Below are positions 1 through 7,994 of a stretch of 64,000 nucleotides of DNA, one piece after another. A program made the translations under genes and the position numbers. Positions within the stretch are counted from its first letter, which is position 1; each line of letters starts with the position of its first letter. The notes below the pieces were generated by a model. That model was given only the letters and a program-made list of their open reading frames with translations. It was not told where the DNA came from and searched no databases. Source of the DNA: an uncultured Muribaculaceae bacterium (GTDB taxonomy: Bacteria; Pseudomonadota; Alphaproteobacteria; Rs-D84); NCBI GenBank assembly GCA_965231035.1, contig OZ246409.1, positions 257,222 through 321,221 on the forward strand, written 5' to 3'.

Positions 1-438
1 ATATGTGCTTGTTCCAACAACCATAGTTGTACAACTTCTGGTTTGTGTTCCTGATCCAACTTCATTACTACAAGATCTTGAAGACGTTTGTCCGGATGTA
101 CACTGGTTAGAGTAAGTAGTACAACTGCCGCTGTCAGCCCAATAAGTTCCATTTACAGTAGCATATTCCCAATATGAACATCCACCCATGGAGCTACCTG
201 CATAATCAGGGCAAAACTGATCAGTATAAGTACATGACGTACATACTTGTTTTTGTAACTGTGATGTTCCACAAGCAACATAACGTGTGTCGCCAGCAGT
301 ACATTGACCGGCTGAACAATTAGTATTTGTAGCAAATGCCTCTGATTCAAAACCAAAAAACTTTGCAAATGGAATTATTATGATTCCAAAAAGAATCGTA
401 AAAATCTTATTATAAAAAAGACCTATTTTTTTTGCCAA
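1..438 (-). CDS. Partial secreted cysteine-rich protein; the C-terminus lies beyond the window start. Probable TTG start at 436-438
   Basis: The minus-strand frame is open from about 438 to position 1. The N-terminus KKIGLFYNKIFTILFGIIIIPFAKFF looks like a signal peptide, followed by a Cys-rich region CSAGQCTAGDTRYVACGTSQ...CTSCTYTDQFCPDY. The track does not list it because it has no ATG and runs off the window edge. A GAGAG-type RBS sits upstream of the TTG. Confidence 0.4.
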   Translation of the reverse strand, partial: MAKKIGLFYNKIFTILFGIIIIPFAKFFGFESEAFATNTNCSAGQCTAGDTRYVACGTSQLQKQVCTSCTYTDQFCPDYAGSSMGGCSYWEYATVNGTYWADSGSCTTYSNQCTSGQTSSRSCSNEVGSGTQTRSCTTMVVGTSTY

Positions 439-455
439 TTTCTCTCTCTTGGGTT

Positions 456-725
456 CTAACTAGAATAACTGCAATTGCTGGTATAAGTATATGTACCATA
501 AGAGTCAGTCATAGTTGTTCCACTTGGAATATAACAGCTGGTTATTCCACCAGTATTATGGTCTATACTTGTACCAGGTGATACGCAAGCTGTACAAACG
601 CCGCCGCTCAAATAATACCCCGTCGCACAACTGGCAATAGTGCAAACATTCAATGTCGGAGTAGCATAAGCAACCCCAGAAATAACCGAAAATAAACCTG
701 TTAAAAATATATATTCTAATTTCAT
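456..725 (-). CDS. Small secreted cysteine-rich protein with a C-x-x-C-x-x-G-Y-Y repeat
   Basis: Track ORF 456..746; the likely start is the internal Met at MKLEYIFLTGLFSVISGVAYA, which is a signal peptide. The mature part is CTIASCATGYYLSGGVCTACVSPGT... Confidence 0.5.
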   Translation of the reverse strand: MKLEYIFLTGLFSVISGVAYATPTLNVCTIASCATGYYLSGGVCTACVSPGTSIDHNTGGITSCYIPSGTTMTDSYGTYTYTSNCSYSS

Positions 726-777
726 AGTACCTGTGAATTTTTGCATAATGAATAGTCCCTTGTCAAATAATAAAATA

Positions 778-1404
778 TTATTTCCATATGTTTAAAGACC
801 CGTTATTATCAGAATACTTCCAACCTAATTCACGAACGGCAGATATTAAATCAGAACGGCTTTTCATCGGGATATTTATAATGATTTCGTCACCAAGAAT
901 TTTTTTAACCTCTAAATTTATTTTTGCAGACTGAAAAGCATGATTTAATGCCATCCAATCTCTTAAGCCATCTGTAATACTAATAGTTACGATAGCCATA
1001 TCAACATTCGAAGTATCTTCTGAAACCAACCAATTTTGAACATCATTTTCATCTAAAAACTTCTTGGATGCTTCTAAGTCCAAAGTTACCTTAATGTTTG
1101 CAGAATATGTATTTGTGGATAAACGTTCACTGTCGATACTAGTTGAAGAAACCAGATTACCAATTGTGGAATCATCTGTATTTTTTATCAGTTCATTAAA
1201 TTTTTCGCTGTCAGAATACTTTGATAAAACATCTGTTGCTATTTGACGCCGAGCCTCGTTAAAGGCCATAATTTTAGCATTTGATGAAGTGTCACTGGTG
1301 ACATTAACAGCCGCAACACCTGTTAAATCAGGTGCAGAAAAAGCAGCAATGGTAAACATTGCAAAAGAACAAACAACTATAAAATTTTTAAAAAATTTTT
1401 TCAT
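778..1404 (-). CDS. Hypothetical exported protein (signal peptide)
   Basis: 208-aa ORF whose N-terminus MKKFFKNFIVVCSFAMFTIAAFSAP is a signal peptide. I recognise no motif. Confidence 0.5.
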   Translation of the reverse strand: MKKFFKNFIVVCSFAMFTIAAFSAPDLTGVAAVNVTSDTSSNAKIMAFNEARRQIATDVLSKYSDSEKFNELIKNTDDSTIGNLVSSTSIDSERLSTNTYSANIKVTLDLEASKKFLDENDVQNWLVSEDTSNVDMAIVTISITDGLRDWMALNHAFQSAKINLEVKKILGDEIIINIPMKSRSDLISAVRELGWKYSDNNGSLNIWK

Positions 1405-1496
1405 ATTGAAAAACCTCTACCGAACATGACCATAGCAATTATGTAAAAAAATTTCAAGCCAGTTTGTTTTCAAACCGGCTTGAAATGAAAAAACTT

Positions 1497-3029
1497 TTAA
1501 AATTTTGCACTTAATCCTACTCGGATTCCCATAGATTTATAAAATGAACTAACTTCATTATCTACGCTGCAAACCCAACCAGGACAGCTGGATTCTAAAT
1601 TTTTTATATTTATAGCTGTTTGATCACCAGTTCCGTCTGTTGCTAACATCTGAGTTTCTGTTTTACCATTGGTTTCCCAAGCAGACAAAATTGAATCATA
1701 TAACCCCAGATAATATTTGGAATTCAAATAGGTTTTTGCGTTTGCCCCGCTGACAGTATAATAATCATACGTCAATCCAAGAGACATATTTATAGAATTT
1801 GTAATCGCTGTTTCCCAATTTGCAGCCAAACCAAGGTGCATTGCTGAACCCATACTTGCTGAATCTTCTACACTTTTAGGATGTTGCCAGTCAAAACGAT
1901 ACGGTTGATCACCAGTTGAATCATAGGCAGGCAAGCCAATTTCAACACGACCATTGATTGTATTATTTTGATTAATATCATAATCTATATCCATAGCAGC
2001 ATAAGGTCCAGCCCAAGTAACTTCATAAGAATGGCTGGTTCCAGGCTGGCTATAATAATATGTTCCACCTGTATCAACCAGTTCCGCATCCGTCCCAATA
2101 TTCATATCACCACCTATGGTATCTCTCCATATAATCTGTTTTGAACCATCAGAATAATGTACAACAACAGCTGGATCACATTGAACTTCACCTGTGGATT
2201 GAACCCTGAAACATGCAGAAGTATCTACTGATAAGCCATAATTTTGTTTTGTTTCTAATTTATAACTAAGACTGCGATAACCCAAAGACGGGGTAAATTT
2301 TGCATTTCCCATTTTAAATGCATTTGGTAAACCAAACCCAGCGTTAAAGCCGAACATACTTCCACCACCGCTGGTTCCAATAGATAATGCATGACCAACC
2401 TGATTACCTATTACGGCACTTGTTCCTGTATTAATCCACTGAGTTATAAAATAACCACCGTTTGTAATATCATCGTCAACCATGGTTGTTTCACCAGATT
2501 GAGTTCCTATTTTAATACCAGCGTCAATTTTTACTGGTGTATTGCTTATGTAAAAATTATAACCGCCAGTTGCGTCAAAAACATTCCAAGCAATATTGTC
2601 ATAGTGCAAAATACTTCCAGAATTCTTCATATCAAATTTCCACATAGCATCTTCTCTGGAAACGCCTGCATTCAAATACAAACCCTGCTCTGGATTACCT
2701 GAACTTGAAGAAATAGAACTTTTTTGTTGTTGATATGAGTATTGTGGCTGAACCCTTTGTTGGTATTGTGGTTGCTGTTGATTCTGATATCTGGAATTGT
2801 AATAATTATTATAGTAATTATTATATCCTGTATTTTGATCAGTATCAGCTGTAGTATCTTCTTCTGAATCTTGGGTTGTATCAGATCCACCAGAATTATA
2901 ATTTGTATTGTATCTTTGCTGAGGTGATTGATAGCTGCCTGTATAATATGTACCTGCAGCATCAGCATTCAAAGGCACAAAAAACAACGAGCAAAGAGCA
3001 AATAACCAACAATTATTATTTTTTTTCAT
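1497..3029 (-). CDS. Outer-membrane beta-barrel protein with an N-terminal Q/N/Y-rich low-complexity region
   Basis: Signal peptide MKKNNNCWLFALCSLFFVPLNADA, then a YNNYYNNYYNSRYQNQQQPQYQQ low-complexity stretch. The alternating beta-strand pattern and the C-terminal ...GIRVGLSAKF ending in Phe are typical of outer-membrane proteins. Confidence 0.5.
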   Translation of the reverse strand: MKKNNNCWLFALCSLFFVPLNADAAGTYYTGSYQSPQQRYNTNYNSGGSDTTQDSEEDTTADTDQNTGYNNYYNNYYNSRYQNQQQPQYQQRVQPQYSYQQQKSSISSSSGNPEQGLYLNAGVSREDAMWKFDMKNSGSILHYDNIAWNVFDATGGYNFYISNTPVKIDAGIKIGTQSGETTMVDDDITNGGYFITQWINTGTSAVIGNQVGHALSIGTSGGGSMFGFNAGFGLPNAFKMGNAKFTPSLGYRSLSYKLETKQNYGLSVDTSACFRVQSTGEVQCDPAVVVHYSDGSKQIIWRDTIGGDMNIGTDAELVDTGGTYYYSQPGTSHSYEVTWAGPYAAMDIDYDINQNNTINGRVEIGLPAYDSTGDQPYRFDWQHPKSVEDSASMGSAMHLGLAANWETAITNSINMSLGLTYDYYTVSGANAKTYLNSKYYLGLYDSILSAWETNGKTETQMLATDGTGDQTAINIKNLESSCPGWVCSVDNEVSSFYKSMGIRVGLSAKF

Positions 3030-3114
3030 TTTTACATCCTACATTCCATCTGTTACATTTTATCATAAAACAGTTGAAAAAAAAAATGATTCTTGTATGA
3101 TTGCTTTCACATTT

Positions 3115-3199
3115 GGGACTATGGCGAAATTGGTAGACGCGCTACCTTGAGGTGGTAGTGGAGCAATCCTTAGGAGTTCAAATCTCCTTAGTCCCACCA
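3115..3199 (+). tRNA. tRNA-Leu, anticodon GAG, with a long variable arm and encoded CCA
   Basis: The acceptor stem GGGACTA pairs with TAGTCCC. The D arm is GCG..CGC and the anticodon stem CTACC/GGTAG has loop TTGAGGT, giving anticodon GAG. A long variable arm, the T arm AGGAGTTCAAATCTCCT, discriminator A and CCA follow. Confidence 0.85.
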
Positions 3200-3210
3200 A
3201 TATTTTTTCT

Positions 3211-3253
3211 TCTTGCCCACATTTTCATAATTTTGCTAACATTATTCTCAGGA
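3211..3253 (+). promoter_or_regulatory. Conserved 5' block shared with the paralog at 26070-26112. Putative promoter TTGCCC-N18-TAACAT lying just before the ATG
   Basis: cttgcccacattttcataattttgctaacattattctcaggaATG versus cttgccctgattttcatatttttgctaatattttacagagaATG; about 80 percent identical over 45 nt. Confidence 0.35.
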
Positions 3254-6200
3254 ATGAAGAAAATTACACTGCTTTTTGCTGTTTGCTTTGCGTTGCTTGG
3301 GATGCAGAAGGTTTTTGCTGATGACAGTACAGACGCTGCACGTGCTGCAACACGAGGAACAGCGACTGTGGTTGTTTCTTCACACCAAAAATCCGAAGAT
3401 TATAATAGTTCTACAGAAACAACTTCTTTGCCCTCGTCTGCTTCAAGGTCTGTTGTTGGTGGCGTTCAAAAAAGCGACTCTTCCCGTGATAGAGCTGTAA
3501 CAAATCGTGATAATTCTATTTCTGATAAATCCAGAACAAGTCAAACAAATCCTGTCACCGTCCCAAGAAGTGCAAGTGTTCAACAGCGAACAGCCAAAAT
3601 TTCTGAAAGATCCGCTGTCAGCCGTTCTGGAATAAATCAAACAAGTAATGTTACAGTTCGCAGTTCACTGGCTGCTCGCAGTGCGTTGAAAACACAATCC
3701 CGTGGAAATATTTCTGCACGTGCAGCGACAATGGATAATGCTCCAAAACAACCTTTACCAGATACAAAATCAACAAAAACAGATAATTCAAAATCATCTT
3801 CTGTTGGTTATAAAAAATGTCGCGAAGTTTATTACGGTTGTATGGATGAATTTTGTGCAAACAAAGACACCCAACTTAAAAGATGCGCTTGTTCATCCAG
3901 AATTCACGACTTTGACTCTGTTAAAAAGAATATGTCCAATGTCGAAGATAAAATTTTAGATTTCAATCAGCGATTAGTCAGTGTGAATCTTGATAAAGAA
4001 GATGCGGCTGCAATATCCAAAGAAACCGAAGGTGAAAAAGCTTATCAACAAACTGATAAATCAGATTCAAAAAGTATTTTGGACGAAATTTCAAAAAAAT
4101 TAAAATCCAGCACAACAGATACAGATTATAACAAAAACCTTTCTGCAATATCGCTTTCGTTGGACACAGATTCGGCATTCGACAGCATAGATTCATCTTT
4201 GGGCGCATCCACAACATCCAAAGAAGGAACAGATCTTTACGATGCCGCGATTCCAGTTTGTCGCGAAATGGCGGCCGAGGTTTGTGATTCAGATGGTGCA
4301 GCAATCGCAGAAAGTGGTTACCAGATGGCAATCGAACAAGATTGTAATACTGTTGCCAAGGCTTATGAAACCCTGCAAGACCAAGCACTGACCAAGGTTC
4401 GTGAAGGAAGCGCATTACTGGATATGTCCAGATTGGATGTTCATCAAAAAGAAAATGCTGATGACATTCTTACCTGCAAAAAGAAAATGCTGACAATGAT
4501 TACAGACAGTTCTGTATGCGGTAAAAATTTAATCGAGTGTCTGGATATTTCTGGAAGATATATTGATCCTTCTACTGGCGAGGCGTTCTTGACTGAAAAT
4601 TTAATTAATATGGAAAAACTTATCACCAGACCATCAGGCAACCAGAAATGGGTCGAAGTTTCAGGAAATTCACAATTCATAACTTACTTGAATTCTAAAA
4701 AGAAATATTTGGAATCATCTATGGAAAGCTGTAAGGACATTGCTGACACTGTTTGGGATGATTTCGTCGAAGATGCGCTGGCACAAATAAAATTGGCCCA
4801 AGAAAAAAAGTTAGAAGACATGCGTCAAAGCTGTACTTCGCTTACTACACAGTGTTTAGCCGATACATCAAAATCAATTTCTGATTTTGACGCGCGCGCG
4901 CTTTCTACTTTTGGTGTAACCGCAGACAAAACAGTTAATGAAATGTGTGCTGGAATAAAAACCGCCTGCACTGCTTTACTGGAATCAACTGGTGGCGATT
5001 CGGATTGGGTCGGCGGTATGAGTGAAATTCAAACAGATAAAACATACGACACACTTATTCAGACATGCCGCGAAGTTGGCAAGGCTTGCATTATCCAAAC
5101 CTGCAAATCTGTTTCAGGAAACTTTGGATTGTGCGAAAGCGTTGATAAATCAGTTAACAGAAAATCCATTATTAATCGTGCTGCTTGTTGGTCTGACGTA
5201 ATTAAATGCGTGGCTAATGCTGGCACCAGTTCTATTGACTCGATAATGAAAAAGTTTTCCAAGACCCCCAGTTCCAGTGGCGGAAACTTTTACACAGAAA
5301 ATTATGGTGTGCAACCAACAGTAAGTAATTCTACAAGTGGCGCTGGATGTGATCCTACTTCATCAACAACCCCTCAAAATTGTATTTATGATATTTGCAC
5401 CGAGTGTGGTCAGTCTGGTCAGCCAGATTGTGCGACTTGCAGATTGGCTGAAAAAATATGGGGCAACTGCGAGTTTATACCAACAAAAACATTAGATATT
5501 GTTCCACAAAACAAAATCAAGGCGACAATTTCCAGCACCGAAACATTGCTGTCTTGGTTTGATACGAACACTGGAACAACCGATTCTGCAGAAAGCTGTC
5601 GTGATACATCATGCGGTGCCGGATTCAGGGCATTTACAACAGATGGGGTAACAACATGTTCAAAGGCTTCTGACTTTTCGTCTGACAATTTACTTTGCCC
5701 AACAAAGCAATTCTTGGTATCCCAACCTGCTTGGAAGAACTGTTGTTCTACAGAAGAATATGATGATTTTGGAAATTGTTGTCAAGATACACCAATTACA
5801 GTTTCAGGGATATCAATCTGCAGAGAAACTTCCGATATCAATGTTTTCCCTGTTGCCTCGTTTACACTCAGCAGTGACAGTAGTGTTTACAAGGCCGGGA
5901 CAAATATCATGGTTTGTGTTGGTGGGACAATAGATGTTACAACCCCCGAAACTGCTTGGCCATCAGGAAGGAATGTTAAATGTAATGGTGGACATTTTGT
6001 TATTATCAATACCACTTATGGAACATATGTCAGCCCTTATTTCAACCTTGACGATATTGGTAATCCAACAACGACGACGAATCAACATCCAACCTACCCA
6101 AGCAATTATTATTCTTTGGATTATGATGCAGCTACAAACACAAGTATAAATTGCATATATAACTTCGAAAGTAATACTTGGAATTCCTCTACAGGAAGTG

Positions 6201-6262
6201 GTGTATGTGATAAAATAACCGGGTACCCGACTAACAACAATAATCTATTTATTAAGTATTGA
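3254..6262 (+). CDS. Large secreted cysteine-rich protein, family member 1 (CMDxFC / CGxDFxNC family)
   Basis: Track ORF 3152..6262 begins with GTG inside the tRNA, so the real start is MKKITLLFAVCFALLGMQKVFA at 3254, a signal peptide. An S/T/R-rich region is followed by CREVYYGCMDEFCANKDTQLKRCACSSR, and VCGKNLIECLDISGRYIDPSTGEAF matches paralog 26113. The C-terminal third is Cys-rich. Confidence 0.7.
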   Translation: MKKITLLFAVCFALLGMQKVFADDSTDAARAATRGTATVVVSSHQKSEDYNSSTETTSLPSSASRSVVGGVQKSDSSRDRAVTNRDNSISDKSRTSQTNPVTVPRSASVQQRTAKISERSAVSRSGINQTSNVTVRSSLAARSALKTQSRGNISARAATMDNAPKQPLPDTKSTKTDNSKSSSVGYKKCREVYYGCMDEFCANKDTQLKRCACSSRIHDFDSVKKNMSNVEDKILDFNQRLVSVNLDKEDAAAISKETEGEKAYQQTDKSDSKSILDEISKKLKSSTTDTDYNKNLSAISLSLDTDSAFDSIDSSLGASTTSKEGTDLYDAAIPVCREMAAEVCDSDGAAIAESGYQMAIEQDCNTVAKAYETLQDQALTKVREGSALLDMSRLDVHQKENADDILTCKKKMLTMITDSSVCGKNLIECLDISGRYIDPSTGEAFLTENLINMEKLITRPSGNQKWVEVSGNSQFITYLNSKKKYLESSMESCKDIADTVWDDFVEDALAQIKLAQEKKLEDMRQSCTSLTTQCLADTSKSISDFDARALSTFGVTADKTVNEMCAGIKTACTALLESTGGDSDWVGGMSEIQTDKTYDTLIQTCREVGKACIIQTCKSVSGNFGLCESVDKSVNRKSIINRAACWSDVIKCVANAGTSSIDSIMKKFSKTPSSSGGNFYTENYGVQPTVSNSTSGAGCDPTSSTTPQNCIYDICTECGQSGQPDCATCRLAEKIWGNCEFIPTKTLDIVPQNKIKATISSTETLLSWFDTNTGTTDSAESCRDTSCGAGFRAFTTDGVTTCSKASDFSSDNLLCPTKQFLVSQPAWKNCCSTEEYDDFGNCCQDTPITVSGISICRETSDINVFPVASFTLSSDSSVYKAGTNIMVCVGGTIDVTTPETAWPSGRNVKCNGGHFVIINTTYGTYVSPYFNLDDIGNPTTTTNQHPTYPSNYYSLDYDAATNTSINCIYNFESNTWNSSTGSGVCDKITGYPTNNNNLFIKY

Positions 6263-6408
6263 TACCAAGCTGTTGCTTGTGGAAATAAAAACAGAATCGG
6301 TGGGGGAAAACCGGCGATAAAAAGAATCCGTATTTCGAATCTGTTACCAGAATTATTAGCTATATTCAATCAGTTATAAACAATTTAATAATATTCTTGA
6401 CTTGTTCC

Positions 6409-6436
6409 TTGACAAATATGATGTTCGGACTATAAT
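6409..6436 (+). promoter_or_regulatory. Sigma-70-type promoter TTGACA-N16-TATAAT
   Basis: Consensus -35 and -10 hexamers are seen directly. AAGGAG lies 7 nt upstream of the ATG at 6478. Confidence 0.45.
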
Positions 6437-6477
6437 GTATATACAGAAACATAAAAACACACAAAAAGGAGTGTAGA

Positions 6478-6900
6478 ATGTTTAAAAAGACTTTGGCTTA
6501 TAATATAAAGAAAGCCTACATAATGATAGGGTTGGCTTTTGGTCTGGTACCAACTTTCACAGCTTGTGAAAAGAATGATGACCAACCACAGCATTATAAT
6601 ACAACTTATAATTTTGTCAGAAATGTTTTGCCAGACACTGTATCAATGGCAAAAGATGGTAAAAACGAATTAGTTGACACTGTATTTTATAAATTTGACG
6701 GAACATCTTTGGGTATGCCTTCAAGAGTGTTGTTAAGATATATTGGTCCAGCATCAAGAGCAGCATCCACCAAATTTAATGGTGGTAAATCTGTAATAAA
6801 TGGTTGCGCGATTGACACCAAAGCGGACAGTACAACCATTACCAGTATGAATTATAAATTTATAAATTCTTGGGTTGGCGGTTGGTCTATGGGTAGATAA
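6478..6900 (+). CDS. Hypothetical lipoprotein
   Basis: Signal peptide with lipobox LVPTFTAC; strong RBS. No recognisable domain. Confidence 0.5.
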   Translation: MFKKTLAYNIKKAYIMIGLAFGLVPTFTACEKNDDQPQHYNTTYNFVRNVLPDTVSMAKDGKNELVDTVFYKFDGTSLGMPSRVLLRYIGPASRAASTKFNGGKSVINGCAIDTKADSTTITSMNYKFINSWVGGWSMGR

Positions 6901-6987
6901 TTATTAAAAACACTAAAAAATTAAATCTGATGCTTGCATCAGATTTTTTTGTTGCTTAAAATAACAAAACTTCTTAAAATTCAAATT

Positions 6988-7956
6988 ATGATTAAAAAGA
7001 TTTTTTTGATTTTTGTTTTATTATTATCTGGTTCGAACGCCTTGGCAGCCGATGAGTGCTCTATATCAAATGCCACAAGTGGTTGTCTTACTGGCAAATA
7101 TTGTCTATATGATTCAACAGGAAACAGTTGTATGCCATGCCCTACTGCATATCCAAATTCATTAGTAAGTAATAATAATGAACAAACTGATTGTTATGCT
7201 TGTGCGACCAGAACCATTGCAAATGGAACTTGGGCGCCCGTCAGTCCTATATATTATCCAACAACACCAACAACATGTACCTATAACTCTGAGAATATTG
7301 CATGTACTTATATGAATTATCCTGTTCCGGATTCAACCGAGACATATGGATACAGATGTGCATTTATGATAATATTAGACGATTCCACCGGTTCCGGTGG
7401 CAGTGGAACAATATATGAAGTTTCTGGTGTAAAATATTTGAGCTCATCCGGAAATCAAATTGAAAATGTCGCAAAACCAATAAAAAGCAACAGCGTTTTT
7501 ACTGGGTATTATTCAAGTGGGAGTTCAATTGCCCAGATACCTGACAGTGGCATTTTACCAGGCAATACATATTTTGCTACCTCGACAACGCTTTTTGCAC
7601 ATTTTTCAACTTGTTCTGGGACTGGCGAACAAGGAACAATTACAAGTTCTGTCAGTGATAACACCTGTTATTATTTTATAACATGTAATGCAGGATACGA
7701 AAATACAACGAATTATAACCTTGCCACCAAAACAACGAACAGCTCTTTGTCTTGCACGCCTTGTTCTGCGGGATACTATTGCCCCGGGGGTGAACATCAA
7801 GCATGTCCTAAGGGTACAACCAGCAGTGGGGGTACAACCGCTACATCAACTGCCGCCTGCCACATGCAGGGTGGGGAAAATGGAACAAGATTTTGTGATT
7901 CTAATGGATGTTTCTATTTGCCAGATACCGCAACAATAACATCTAACTTACTATAA
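6988..7956 (+). CDS. Secreted cysteine-rich protein with ephrin-receptor-like/furin-like C-x-P-C-x-x-G-Y-Y repeats
   Basis: The internal start MIKKIFLIFVLLLSGSNALAA is a signal peptide. Motifs are CTPCSAGYYCPGGEHQACPKGT, CNAGYENTTNYNLA and SCMPCPTAYPNS. It resembles the protein at 456-725. Confidence 0.55.
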   Translation: MIKKIFLIFVLLLSGSNALAADECSISNATSGCLTGKYCLYDSTGNSCMPCPTAYPNSLVSNNNEQTDCYACATRTIANGTWAPVSPIYYPTTPTTCTYNSENIACTYMNYPVPDSTETYGYRCAFMIILDDSTGSGGSGTIYEVSGVKYLSSSGNQIENVAKPIKSNSVFTGYYSSGSSIAQIPDSGILPGNTYFATSTTLFAHFSTCSGTGEQGTITSSVSDNTCYYFITCNAGYENTTNYNLATKTTNSSLSCTPCSAGYYCPGGEHQACPKGTTSSGGTTATSTAACHMQGGENGTRFCDSNGCFYLPDTATITSNLL

Positions 7957-7994
7957 TCAACAAACCGTAATCATTATTCAATACAAATCTATCC

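Noticed and set aside
2391-3100. Antisense and overlapping track ORFs (for example 2391..2702, 2672..2968, 2876..3100, 10773..11504, 21733..22095, 42751..43163, 54962..55417) inside large well-supported genes
   Set aside because: They have no homology signal, lie opposite or out of frame to strongly supported CDSs and show composition-driven open frames typical of AT-rich DNA.
3152-3253. The track start of the large ORF at 3152 (GTG) inside tRNA-Leu
   Set aside because: It would overlap the tRNA 3' half. A canonical signal peptide begins at Met 3254, and the upstream block is conserved as non-coding in the paralog at 26070-26112.
6281-6360. A tRNA-like fragment (contains TTCGAATC resembling a T-loop)
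   Set aside because: No acceptor, D-arm or anticodon stems can be paired around it, so it is a coincidental match.
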